Below, one piece after another: positions 1-9,266 of a stretch of 64,000 nucleotides of DNA. Source of the stretch: Marinicella sp. (GTDB lineage: Bacteria; Pseudomonadota; Gammaproteobacteria; Xanthomonadales; Marinicellaceae); contig OZ246001.1 in the NCBI GenBank assembly GCA_965230295.1, forward strand, positions 512,001 through 576,000, given 5' to 3'. The notes under the pieces were generated by a model that had not been told where the DNA came from, ran no database searches, and saw only the letters and a list, made by a program, of their open reading frames with translations. The stretch's first letter is position 1, and each line of letters starts with the position of its first letter. Position numbers and translations under genes: made by a program.

Positions 1-158
1 TCCTTGGCCATACGCCTGCAATAACTTTGTGGTGACTCGCCTGCCCTGACCGATTCATCTATATCCACAGGAACAACATCAATCACCCATCCCAACTGCT
101 TTAACAATTCTGCACGTCTGGGCGAAGCAGATGCCAGTATGAGATTGGCTTCACTCAC
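1..158 (-). CDS. maf: Maf/YhdE family nucleotide pyrophosphatase, 5' part (runs off window start)
   Basis: Manual translation from GTG at 158: (M)[35 protein letters not shown]..., with the Maf motif LASxSPRR. Conserved rsfS-rlmH-maf order. Confidence 0.9.
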   Translation of the reverse strand, partial: MSEANLILASASPRRAELLKQLGWVIDVVPVDIDESVRAGESPQSYCRRMAK

Positions 159-621
159 GGTGGTAAGGGTGGTTGATTAACAAACTGTGTGCCCGATACA
201 ATTGTTCGGCCACAATGACTTTGACCAACTGATGCGGGAAGGTCATTTTAGATAAGGACCAGGTTTGTTGTGATTGTTGCAACACACTGGCATCCAAGCC
301 ATCGGCACCACCAATGATGATGTTGACGTCTTGACCAGTCATTTGCCATTGGTCCAGATGTTTCGCAACCACCTTGGTGGATATCGATTGGCCGTTCTCA
401 TCCAAAGCAATGTTGATGCTGTCAGGCTTAATGTGCCTGGCAATCAATGCCGCTTCCTGGGCTTTAATTTGCGGGACACTTAAGCCTTTCTGCCTGGACA
501 CAGCGGTCATTTCATTGATATGAATTTTTAAGTGATTGGGCAGCCGATTGTTGTATGTATCAAACGCAACTTGCACCCAATCGGGCATTTTATGCCCCAG
601 GGTCAACAAACTGATTTTCAT
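151..621 (-). CDS. rlmH: 23S rRNA (pseudouridine1915-N3)-methyltransferase RlmH
   Basis: SPOUT motifs [26 protein letters not shown] and C-terminal HPYHRE. Confidence 0.97.
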   Translation of the reverse strand: MKISLLTLGHKMPDWVQVAFDTYNNRLPNHLKIHINEMTAVSRQKGLSVPQIKAQEAALIARHIKPDSINIALDENGQSISTKVVAKHLDQWQMTGQDVNIIIGGADGLDASVLQQSQQTWSLSKMTFPHQLVKVIVAEQLYRAHSLLINHPYHRE

Positions 622-980
622 TCCTCAGCTGTTTCTTTGAGGTCCCAAAGCCCTTCCAAATGATAAAATTCTCGTGCATCAGCACTCATCACATGAAGTA
701 CAGCATCACCACAATCAACAATCATCCACTCATTTGAATCCAGACCTTCGGTGCTGAGGATCTCATGGTCGGCTTCATGTAAGGCTTTTTCAGCTTCATC
801 AGCCAAATGTCGCATGTGTCGATTAGATGTGCCCGTACAAATAACCATGTGATCGGTCACAGATGTCAGGTGTTTAACATCTAGAATCACCACATGTTGT
901 GCTTTGGCATCGGTTACAGCTTGAAATATAACTTCGGAGACGGGATTGGACCTGTTTTGGTTTTCTATGTTTTCTTGCAC
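618..980 (-). CDS. rsfS: Ribosome silencing factor RsfS (Iojap)
   Basis: DAKAQHVVILDV, TDHMVICTGTSNRH, WMIVDCGDAVLHVM, REFYHLEGLW; adjacent to rlmH. Confidence 0.95.
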   Translation of the reverse strand: MQENIENQNRSNPVSEVIFQAVTDAKAQHVVILDVKHLTSVTDHMVICTGTSNRHMRHLADEAEKALHEADHEILSTEGLDSNEWMIVDCGDAVLHVMSADAREFYHLEGLWDLKETAEE

Positions 981-1275
981 AAACGGTTATTTAATTGAAC
1001 AATTGGCATTTTAACATGTAATCTTTAACAACGCGTAATGCTTTCAACCCAAACTGCTTGATTTAAGCCAAAATCGAGGATTGCATTCACGTTGATTAAA
1101 CACCCCTTCTTTACAATGTAAAAATCACAAGCATTTGAAAGAGATTAAAATATTGTGGGTCTGTTAAGAGGACTATGGACAAAATTATGCAACCACTTGG
1201 TGCAAAATCCATCCATTTCTAAATGGAATTGATACCCGCATATTGATACAATCTTGATAACACCCAAGGAAAAAT

Positions 1276-3435
1276 ATGACTCAAAAAAATAAGCCCATAA
1301 GCCCAACGTCTGACATCCCACTGAAGATCACCAAAACCCCCATGGTTATTCATGGCGACTCAGATTCTAAGCGTGCCGAAATTAAATCTCACTTCATCAA
1401 CACCTATGAAACTTATGAATGTTTGTTTGAATGCTTAAAGGATGATGAAGCTTACTACCAACAACCTGAACCGCTGCGTCATCCTTTGATATTTTATCTG
1501 GCACACACTGCAGTGTTTTTCATCAATAAATTAAGGGTGGCCAAAATCATAGAACACAATGTGGATGAAAGCATTGAATCCATGATGGCCATTGGGGTGG
1601 ATGAGATGTCTTGGGATGATTTGAATGAAGCCAATTATGATTGGCCAACAGTTGCCAAGGTTTATGAATACAGGCATAAAGTCAAAGCTTTGGTGCTTGA
1701 TTTGATTGATCAAATGCCTTTAACTTTACCCATCAATTGGGAGGATCCATTTTGGATCATCTTGATGGGTATTGAGCATGAACGGATCCATTTAGAAACC
1801 TCTTCTGTGTTGATCAGACAATTGGAGCTGAAATATGTGACCTGTTCAACTGATTGGCCACCTCACAACAAAGACCATGATGTGGTCAATAACCAACTGC
1901 TGAAAGTGCCTTCAGGCCCTGTTTCCCAAGGTCGCGAGATGCCTTCCGAAACCTATGGCTGGGACAACGAATACGGTCACTACTCTGAAGATGTGGCTGC
2001 GTTCAAAGCCGCTCAATATTTGGTTTCCAATTCCGAATTTTTGGCTTTCGTAGAAGATGGTGGCTACAAAGACCAACAATGGTGGACTGAAGAAGGCTGG
2101 CGATGGAAATGCTATAAAAAGGCAGAACACCCCACTTTTTGGCGTCAGCAGGATAATCAGTGGCTTTACCGCACCATGACTAGAGAAATAAACATGCCCT
2201 GGAGTTGGCCGGCCGATGTCAACTACTTGGAAGCCAAAGCTTTTTGTAATTGGCTGGCTGCCAGAACAGGCGAGCCCATCAGGCTGCCTACTGAAGCCGA
2301 GTGGCATCGACTGTATGAACACACCATGGGTGATCAACCTCGCTACCCCTTGTGGCAAGACACACCAGGCAACATAGAATTGTCTTATGCGGCTTCTTCT
2401 GTGCCAGTGGATCTATTCCTGTTCGGTGAACAACAGTTTGGTGATGTCATTGGTAATGTGTGGCAATGGACTGAAACCGCCATTGATGGTTTTGACGGTT
2501 TCAAAGTTCATCCGGCTTATGATGATTTTTCTGTGCCCACTTTTGATGGACAACACAATTTAATCAAAGGTGGCAGCTGGATCAGTACCGGCAATGAAGC
2601 ACACTTGGATTCACGGTATGCTTTTCGCCGACATTTTTTTCAACACGCAGGATTTAGATACGTAGAATCGGAGATAACAGTGGATCAAACATTCAATACA
2701 TACGAAACAGACGAACTCATTTCACAATACCTCGAGTTTCACTATGGTGGCGAGTATTTCGGGGTGCCCAATTTTCCCAAAGCTTGTATCGATGCCTTGA
2801 TTCCACATGTTGATTTAAGTCATAACAGCCGGGCATTGGATTTAGGTTGTGCTGTGGGCCGCAGTTCTTTTGAATTGGCCCGGTATTATGAGCATGTCGA
2901 TGCGCTTGATTTCTCAACCCGTTTCATCCGCAATGCGATCAATTTAGTGGATCATGGCGAAGTTAAATACATGATTCCCACTGAAGGTGAACTGACAGAA
3001 TTGAAGTCATTCAGCCTGGCGGATTTGGCTTTGGGCGAACAAGTCAAAAACATTGAATTTTCTCAAGGCGATGCCTGTAATTTAAAAGCTAAATACAGTG
3101 ATTATGATTTGATTTTTGCCGGCAACTTGATCGACCGTTTGTATCAACCCAAGCAATTTTTAACCAGCATCAAAGATCGCATCAAAACTGGCGGGTATTT
3201 GGTACTGACCTCACCCTACACATGGTTGGAAGAATTCACCGAAAAACAAAACTGGTTGGGTGGCATCAAAGTCAATGGCGAAAACGTCACCACCCTGGAT
3301 GCCTTAAAGACCATTTTAGGTCAAGATTTCGAACTGGTGTCCTTGCCTCAAGATGTGCCATTTGTGATCAGGGAAACAGCCAGGAAACACCAACATACAG
3401 TGGCCCAATTAAGCATTTGGAGAAAACGCAGTTAA
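1276..3435 (+). CDS. ovoA: 5-histidylcysteine sulfoxide synthase / methyltransferase OvoA (ovothiol biosynthesis)
   Basis: DinB-like domain LRHPLIFY and iron motif EHERIHLET, FGE-sulfatase domain (GNVWQW, YDDFSVP, RYAFRRHFFQHAGFRY), C-terminal SAM methyltransferase (ALDLGCAVGR). Confidence 0.95.
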   Translation: MTQKNKPISPTSDIPLKITKTPMVIHGDSDSKRAEIKSHFINTYETYECLFECLKDDEAYYQQPEPLRHPLIFYLAHTAVFFINKLRVAKIIEHNVDESIESMMAIGVDEMSWDDLNEANYDWPTVAKVYEYRHKVKALVLDLIDQMPLTLPINWEDPFWIILMGIEHERIHLETSSVLIRQLELKYVTCSTDWPPHNKDHDVVNNQLLKVPSGPVSQGREMPSETYGWDNEYGHYSEDVAAFKAAQYLVSNSEFLAFVEDGGYKDQQWWTEEGWRWKCYKKAEHPTFWRQQDNQWLYRTMTREINMPWSWPADVNYLEAKAFCNWLAARTGEPIRLPTEAEWHRLYEHTMGDQPRYPLWQDTPGNIELSYAASSVPVDLFLFGEQQFGDVIGNVWQWTETAIDGFDGFKVHPAYDDFSVPTFDGQHNLIKGGSWISTGNEAHLDSRYAFRRHFFQHAGFRYVESEITVDQTFNTYETDELISQYLEFHYGGEYFGVPNFPKACIDALIPHVDLSHNSRALDLGCAVGRSSFELARYYEHVDALDFSTRFIRNAINLVDHGEVKYMIPTEGELTELKSFSLADLALGEQVKNIEFSQGDACNLKAKYSDYDLIFAGNLIDRLYQPKQFLTSIKDRIKTGGYLVLTSPYTWLEEFTEKQNWLGGIKVNGENVTTLDALKTILGQDFELVSLPQDVPFVIRETARKHQHTVAQLSIWRKRS

Positions 3436-4536
3436 ATGAATTTCAAGCCATTCAAAATGGCGCAATTCAGTGCCCAGTGGACTCCAGGTAGCCTCCACAA
3501 CTTGCACAGCAGCAATCCCCAGCCCTGGACATGGGATGAACTGAGTGAGGTCGTCGAGACTGATCTAAACAGCCTACTTATCAAAACGCCCTTTGCCTAT
3601 GAACCGGTAGAGGGCAATCAAACCGTACGCGAACTGATCAGTCACCACTACCATTCAGGTTTGTGTGCTGCTGACATCACCCTGACTTCCGGGGCTCAAG
3701 AAGGGATTTTTCTGGTCATGCAGGCCTTGATCAATCCAGATGATCATGTGATCACTTTCAGCCCCTGTTTTGAACCACTGACTCAAGTAGCCATTGATGC
3801 AGGGGCGGAAGTGTCCATGCTGCCTTTGAATGAATCCAACGGCTGGTCAATCAACTGGGACAGGCTAAAAAGTAGCTTCAAGGATTCAACAAAGCTGGTG
3901 GTTATCAACTTCCCTCACAACCCGACAGGTGCTCACATCAGTCAAGCCGAACTGCTGAAACTGACCGCGCTTTGCGAACAGCACAATTGCTGGCTGTTTT
4001 CAGATGAAGTGTTCCGTGGTTTAGAACACCAATCCGCAGATCGCATCAGCAGTGCTGCTGACCTTTATGACAAGGCTGTATCGATGGGAGTGGTTTCTAA
4101 AGCATTGGCCTTGCCCGGTGTCAGACTCGGTTGGTTGTCATGTCAGGATGATGGCTTGCACCAACGGATTAAGACCATCAAGTCACATTTATCCATATGT
4201 CAAAGCAGTTTAGATGCACAATTGTGTCAAGCCATCATTCCTCACAGTGAAAAAATCTGGCAAAGGAGTATCGACATCATCAACGGCAATAAATCTTATC
4301 TGGCGGCTCTATTGGCAAACAATCAGGCATTCAAATGGCATCTACCAAAGGCTTCGGCCACCGCATTCATAGAGTGTCTAGATTCTGAGGCCACAGCATT
4401 ATGCCAAAATTGGGCAGAACAGCACCGCATGTTGTTGTTACCCAATGAAGTGTTCCTAACTGATGTCTCTGGTTTCAGAATGACGCTGGGATCTCAGAAC
4501 AATCGACCCATGTACGATCACATTTTTAAGATTTAG
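3436..4536 (+). CDS. PLP-dependent class I/II aminotransferase-fold enzyme; candidate OvoB-type C-S lyase
   Basis: NFPHNPTG, FSDEVFR, SKALALPGVRLGW (PLP lysine). Starts directly after the ovoA stop. Confidence 0.8.
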   Translation: MNFKPFKMAQFSAQWTPGSLHNLHSSNPQPWTWDELSEVVETDLNSLLIKTPFAYEPVEGNQTVRELISHHYHSGLCAADITLTSGAQEGIFLVMQALINPDDHVITFSPCFEPLTQVAIDAGAEVSMLPLNESNGWSINWDRLKSSFKDSTKLVVINFPHNPTGAHISQAELLKLTALCEQHNCWLFSDEVFRGLEHQSADRISSAADLYDKAVSMGVVSKALALPGVRLGWLSCQDDGLHQRIKTIKSHLSICQSSLDAQLCQAIIPHSEKIWQRSIDIINGNKSYLAALLANNQAFKWHLPKASATAFIECLDSEATALCQNWAEQHRMLLLPNEVFLTDVSGFRMTLGSQNNRPMYDHIFKI

Positions 4537-6328
4537 CAGCTGTCACTTCATGCATGATTTCGTCATAAGCAACCACTTCATTGCGACCTTTATTTTTGGC
4601 CTCAAACAAGGCCAAATCAGCATGGGTTAACAGCATAGAAATGCGGTGACCTGACAACAAGGTGTTGGTCACTCCAAAACTGGCCGTGATGTCAAAAGCG
4701 GCACCTGATTCACTGCAGTCCATCTGCTCAATGGCATGCCTCATTTTTTCCATCAAGCGCATCATTTCAAGGTGTGAAATACCTGGTGAAACGATGCTGA
4801 ACTCTTCACCACCTAGACGAGCAACGAGAATGTCTTGATCCGCCACTTCTTCACAAGTCAAAATCACTTGTTTCAACACCCAGTCACCCACCAGATGCCC
4901 AAATTGATCATTGACATTTTTAAAATGATCCAAATCCATGATCGCCAAATTGACCGGCTGGTTTTTGGCTTTATGGGTTTCTAACATGTCCTTGATCTTT
5001 TCTTCAAAAGCTTTGCGGGTGAACACCTGGGTCAAGTGGTCTATTTCTGCCACTTCTTTGAAATAATCATGCCGTTTTTTGATTTTATAGGTCCACACGC
5101 CCAACAACAGCAACAAACTGGCAATCAACAACATCATCAGCTGTTGTTTCTTGGTGGTTTCGGCTGACAACTTATTTTCCAATTCCAACAACTTGTTGTT
5201 TTGATTCAATTGATCAATTTGAAGTTCCTGCGCCAAATTAGCATGTTTAACCCTGTAATAGGCCACTTGAGTTGCCAACTTGCGTTCATAGATGGATTTT
5301 TCAATGCTGTTTTTTTGGGCCAAATAATGGTAAGCGGGTTGCATAGAATTACCTTCCAGGCTCAGTTGAATCAAAACATTCAACGCCAAAACCAATTGTT
5401 CAGATTCACCGATACTGGCATTCTCCTCGACTGCCAACACACCAAAAGCCTGGGCTTTTTCATTCAGATCAGCCATCCAATAGATGTGAGCCAGCAAGGC
5501 GTGGTAGTAAACCCTGATGTTCTTAAAGTTGGTTTTCTCAACATCATCTGCCAATGATTCCAGAACGGTCACTGCTTTCATGGCTTCTTCTGGATCAGAT
5601 TGTGCTTTATCGGTAAATTGATAGCGGATTTGGTCAAACCTTAAAAATAGCGATGAAATGTAATTATCAACTTGTTCACAGCGGTCAATGGCTGCAGTGA
5701 TTTCATCATTAAATGCTTCGCCTTTACCCTGACGCATTAAAATCCGATACTTATTAAAACCTCCCATGCATTTATCGTCCTCAGAATAATCTCCTGTCAA
5801 CAGCAATTCAGAGTACTTCAGTGCTATATCATCTTGATTCATCAACCGGTAAGAAATCGCCGCCACATTATTGGTCAATGATCTGAGGTATTTATCTTCG
5901 GTGTTTTCCGTTATTTGAATGGCTGTATTTAAATTGTTCAGCGCTTTCTCGAAATCGCCAGTAATGACTTGTAAATTGGCTGTGAACTGAAGCACTCGAG
6001 CCAAGTACTCAGGGGATTCACAAATGGTAACAATTTCATTGAGTTTATTGATTGAACTGGCGTAGTCTCCTATGAAACTTTCACGGTAAATGACTAAAAA
6101 TTCATAATGACACCGTTCATCAGGACTCATCACTGATACATGGTTTGCCAGTTCAGCCAAGCCAGCAGAAAAGCCAGTTTGATCGACTTTCCTTATCTTT
6201 TCTAATTCCAGCAACCGATGTTTAAATCCATTATCTTCAGCGTTCATGGTTTCTTGTGACCATGAAGACATGGCTGGACCAAGAATCAAACTCAGGCTAA
6301 GAAGCAGTTTAAGAAATAATTTATCCAT
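4526..6328 (-). CDS. Membrane-bound diguanylate cyclase with periplasmic TPR-like helical sensor (copy 2)
   Basis: Signal peptide (MDKLFLKLLLSLSLILG..., likely start 6328), helical repeat region, TM segment LMMLLIASLLLLLGVW, then DHLT...MDLDHFKNVNDQFGHLVGD...RLGGEEF. Confidence 0.92.
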   Translation of the reverse strand: MDKLFLKLLLSLSLILGPAMSSWSQETMNAEDNGFKHRLLELEKIRKVDQTGFSAGLAELANHVSVMSPDERCHYEFLVIYRESFIGDYASSINKLNEIVTICESPEYLARVLQFTANLQVITGDFEKALNNLNTAIQITENTEDKYLRSLTNNVAAISYRLMNQDDIALKYSELLLTGDYSEDDKCMGGFNKYRILMRQGKGEAFNDEITAAIDRCEQVDNYISSLFLRFDQIRYQFTDKAQSDPEEAMKAVTVLESLADDVEKTNFKNIRVYYHALLAHIYWMADLNEKAQAFGVLAVEENASIGESEQLVLALNVLIQLSLEGNSMQPAYHYLAQKNSIEKSIYERKLATQVAYYRVKHANLAQELQIDQLNQNNKLLELENKLSAETTKKQQLMMLLIASLLLLLGVWTYKIKKRHDYFKEVAEIDHLTQVFTRKAFEEKIKDMLETHKAKNQPVNLAIMDLDHFKNVNDQFGHLVGDWVLKQVILTCEEVADQDILVARLGGEEFSIVSPGISHLEMMRLMEKMRHAIEQMDCSESGAAFDITASFGVTNTLLSGHRISMLLTHADLALFEAKNKGRNEVVAYDEIMHEVTAAKS

Positions 6329-6385
6329 AAAATAAAAGTGCCAATGAATCACCAATGGCACTCGGTAAAAGTATTATTTCAACAA

Positions 6386-6553
6386 TCAATCTTCGTCGTC
6401 ATCATCTCCTGGGTGATGGGCGCATTTAAGTTCATTGTTTGACGACAACAATTGTTTTATCTGTACTTTTGAAAGTTGATGAGAAATTTGATTGTTTTGG
6501 TGAACCGAATCAGTTTGTCCGATAGATTCCAATATTTTCACGAGTTTATTCAT
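6386..6553 (-). CDS. Small peptide, putative split-borosin precursor A2 (55 aa; not in ORF track)
   Basis: Manual translation MNKLVKILESIGQTDSVHQNNQISHQLSKVQIKQLLSSNNELKCAHHPGDDDDED*. RBS AAAAGAGG 4 nt before ATG. Clear paralog of 9023..9202. Confidence 0.88.
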   Translation of the reverse strand: MNKLVKILESIGQTDSVHQNNQISHQLSKVQIKQLLSSNNELKCAHHPGDDDDED

Positions 6554-6583
6554 AACACCTCTTTTTATAAGTTATTAAGGAAA

Positions 6584-6610
6584 TGTTGTCATCCCCTTTA
6601 AATGACAACA
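6584..6610 (-). promoter_or_regulatory. Inverted repeat/hairpin in 5'UTR of precursor A2
   Basis: TGTTGTCAT-N9-ATGACAACA; minus strand reads TGTTGTCATTTAAAGGGGATGACAACA. Confidence 0.55.
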
Positions 6611-6630
6611 AAGCTATTCTAACATCAATT

Positions 6631-7185
6631 CTAACCAGAATACGACCCCATCCAAGCTGTCTTTTCGATAAACCATTCTTGGGTCTTTTTTTGATGGACG
6701 CCATGTTCAATGATTTTCCCTTTTTGCATTTTTAAGCGCATATTTGCTGTATTTGCAGCCACATTATCAGCCTGACAAAAAGCAATGATGGTTTCTAAGT
6801 TCAACGCTGTAAAACCATGCGCCATCATCAACTGTTTGGCATGGTGGGCCATTCTTTGACGCCGATAGGCTGATGAAATCATCACACCAATGGCTGCGAT
6901 CATTCGGCTTTCAGGCTTAAACCATGTCAAACCAATGATACCCATATTGACATCATCAATATGGCGCTTAATCACATAAGTGAGGTGATGAGGCTGATCA
7001 TCAGACATCTCTTCAATGGTCTTCTTCAGCTGTTTTTCACATTGGCTGCAGGTCAAAGGTTCACCAATAAACTGCATGACTTCTTGGTTACCATAAATTT
7101 GAACAAAAAAGTCTAAATCGCCTTGGTCTACGGGCTTCAGAAAAATGGGATACTTATTGCTGGTGATGTTGGGTCGAACAATCAA
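6631..7185 (-). CDS. GNAT N-acetyltransferase, RimJ/RimL-like (copy 2)
   Basis: VMQFIGEP, IGVMISSAYRRQRMAH, NVAANT. Probable TTG start near 7185, just after the upstream GGDEF stop; the ORF-track start at 7275 overlaps that gene. Confidence 0.8.
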   Translation of the reverse strand: MIVRPNITSNKYPIFLKPVDQGDLDFFVQIYGNQEVMQFIGEPLTCSQCEKQLKKTIEEMSDDQPHHLTYVIKRHIDDVNMGIIGLTWFKPESRMIAAIGVMISSAYRRQRMAHHAKQLMMAHGFTALNLETIIAFCQADNVAANTANMRLKMQKGKIIEHGVHQKKTQEWFIEKTAWMGSYSG

Positions 7186-7192
7186 AGGTTTC

Positions 7193-9007
7193 TCAATCTT
7201 TGTTAACCCTTTGAATGGTCTTGAACTTAATGACTTGATTACGACCTTGTTTCTTGGCTTCAAACAATGCCACATCAGCGTGGGTTAACAACAAAGGCAA
7301 AGAATAACCAGATGTGATGGATGAGGTGTATCCAAAACTGGCTGTGACTGAAAGTTCAGCGCCAGATTCATCACAATCCAGCGTTTCTACAGCAGAACGC
7401 ATCTGCTCCAATTTGGCTTCCATGACATCACATTCTACTTTTGGAAACACGATACAAAATTCTTCGCCACCCAAGCGCGCCAATATCATGTCTTCTTCTA
7501 CAAATTCCTTGATGGCATAGACCACATTTTTCAGCACCCAATCACCAATCAAATGTCCATGGGTGTCATTAACTTTCTTAAAGTGGTCCAAATCCATGAT
7601 GGCCATCTGAATGGGCAGTTTATGATCCTGACAGTAATTCAATTGCACTTTGACCTGTTCTTCAAAAGCTTTCCTGGTCAACACTTTGGTTAAATGATCT
7701 ATTTCTGAAACACCTTTGAAATAATCATGTTTCTTCTTGATTCGCACCAACCACAATGCCATGAAACCCAACAAGGTCAAAATCAACAAAATGACCAGGC
7801 GTTGGTTGTTGGTTTCTTGCTTAGCCAGTTTTTTCTCCAGCTCCAGAACTTCCTTCTGTCGATTCAACTGTTCAATTTCAAACACCTTGGCCAAATTCGA
7901 ATGCTTGACGGTCATGAAAGCCATTTGTTTGGCTTGTGACTGGTCATACATTTTAAGTTCCGCTTCGTTTTTTCGGTTCAAATAATCGTATGACTTAACA
8001 AAGTCACCGCGAGATTTAGAAATGTTTTCTAACACTTCCAGTGCCATGATTAACTGTTCTGTATAACCCAGGTTTTCATTTAAGCTGATGGTTTTTTCTC
8101 CATGTACCATCGCTTCTTCATAATCACCAACCAAGTAGGCAATTTTGGCTTCAATGGCTTTGAAATTTACTTTGATGTTTTTATAGGGTGTGGCATCAAT
8201 TTCTGCCTTCATTGACTCTACCAAATCAGCTATATAGGCCATTTCACCTGCTGCCATTCCACCTGAGGAAAGGGTTCTTTTTATATTGTCTAAAACAATC
8301 GATTGGGCATACAAAGCGTTTCCACTTTCCTTGCAATTCTTTGCAATTTCTAAGATTGTTTCTAAATCTGGGGCATCTTGGTCACCATCCAGATGATACA
8401 TATTTTTACTGTATTGAACCCGGCACAGGTTTTCATCATTGGGCTCAAGGTTGTAATGAAGTTCACTGTATTTAACACTGAGTTCTTTTTGATCTAATAA
8501 GTTATAAACCACAGACGCTCCAGAATATGCGATTAATTTAGATTTTTTATCAACCGTTTGTTCTGCGTTTTGAATGGCGTTATCGACATGGTACGAGGCT
8601 TTTTTATAGTCTCCACTGATGGCACTGATGTTGGAAATCAAGGCGTCAATTCGAATCCTTGCCCGTAAATCATCACATAGAGGAATGATTTTTTCGAGGT
8701 CTGATACTGCCTGTAAAGATTCACCGGCAAATGCCGTTTGGTAGGCCCGAAGGAACTGGTAATGGCAAACTTGGTAAGCCGACATTTGCGATAATTTGTT
8801 TTCCAGCAAATCCAAGCCAGCAATGAATTCGTTGTGGTTACTCAATCTGATGTTTTCTAAGCGCAGAATTTCTTCAGTTAAATGAGGTGGTTCTCCTGTA
8901 GAGTCTGGGTCAGCTTGTGCCAAAGTAATTTGAGGGCACAACAAAACAAAGGACATGAATAGTAACCATGTCCTTATTGTTTTATTTGAGTTTATATTTA
9001 ACAACAA
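7193..9007 (-). CDS. Membrane-bound diguanylate cyclase with periplasmic TPR-like helical sensor (copy 1)
   Basis: Signal peptide ending LAQA, helical region, TM LVILLILTLLGFMALWLV, then MDLDHFKKVNDTHGHLIGD...RLGGEEF. Paralog of 4526..6328. Confidence 0.92.
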   Translation of the reverse strand: MLLNINSNKTIRTWLLFMSFVLLCPQITLAQADPDSTGEPPHLTEEILRLENIRLSNHNEFIAGLDLLENKLSQMSAYQVCHYQFLRAYQTAFAGESLQAVSDLEKIIPLCDDLRARIRIDALISNISAISGDYKKASYHVDNAIQNAEQTVDKKSKLIAYSGASVVYNLLDQKELSVKYSELHYNLEPNDENLCRVQYSKNMYHLDGDQDAPDLETILEIAKNCKESGNALYAQSIVLDNIKRTLSSGGMAAGEMAYIADLVESMKAEIDATPYKNIKVNFKAIEAKIAYLVGDYEEAMVHGEKTISLNENLGYTEQLIMALEVLENISKSRGDFVKSYDYLNRKNEAELKMYDQSQAKQMAFMTVKHSNLAKVFEIEQLNRQKEVLELEKKLAKQETNNQRLVILLILTLLGFMALWLVRIKKKHDYFKGVSEIDHLTKVLTRKAFEEQVKVQLNYCQDHKLPIQMAIMDLDHFKKVNDTHGHLIGDWVLKNVVYAIKEFVEEDMILARLGGEEFCIVFPKVECDVMEAKLEQMRSAVETLDCDESGAELSVTASFGYTSSITSGYSLPLLLTHADVALFEAKKQGRNQVIKFKTIQRVNKD

Positions 9008-9022
9008 TAGACTGCTATCAGA

Positions 9023-9202
9023 TCACTCTTCGTCATCGTCATCTGGTAACAACAAGCAAATCAGATCATTGTTTTGCAATTTAATCTTGTTGAACGCTCG
9101 TTCCTGAATATTCATGCCTTGAATCATTTGTTTTACAGAATCATTTTGATGAATGGATTGGGTTTGTCCAATTTGTTCCAGCAGTTTTACATTGAATTTC
9201 AT
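9023..9202 (-). CDS. Small peptide, putative split-borosin precursor A1 (59 aa)
   Basis: MKFNVKLLEQIGQTQSIHQNDSVKQMIQGMNIQERAFNKIKLQNNDLICLLLPDDDDEE; ATG at 9202 with AAAAGAGG RBS. Lies between the borosin methyltransferase and a GGDEF gene, the sonM-sonA-GGDEF order of Shewanella. Confidence 0.88.
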   Translation of the reverse strand: MKFNVKLLEQIGQTQSIHQNDSVKQMIQGMNIQERAFNKIKLQNNDLICLLLPDDDDEE

Positions 9203-9238
9203 TGATAGTCCTCTTTTTAAGTTTTTTAAAGATTGCTC

Positions 9239-9256
9239 TTGTCCCCTATAGGACAA
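9239..9256 (-). promoter_or_regulatory. Inverted repeat/hairpin in 5'UTR of precursor A1
   Basis: TTGTCC-CCTATA-GGACAA; minus strand reads TTGTCCTATAGGGGACAA, similar to the hairpin before precursor A2. Confidence 0.5.
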
Positions 9257-9266
9257 AAAAATCATA

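Noticed and set aside
1225-1262. Three TTGATA repeats upstream of ovoA as an FNR site
   Set aside because: They do not form TTGAT-N4-ATCAA, and short AT-rich matches are expected by chance.
1276-3435. Selenometabolite (selenoneine/ovoselenol) or ergothioneine EgtB cluster
   Set aside because: The fused C-terminal methyltransferase matches canonical OvoA, and no selenophosphate synthetase or egtD is adjacent.
9203-9265. N-terminal 21-aa extension of the 80-aa ORF 9023..9265
   Set aside because: A strong RBS precedes ATG 9202 and homology with peptide A2 begins there; the extension overlaps the UTR hairpin.
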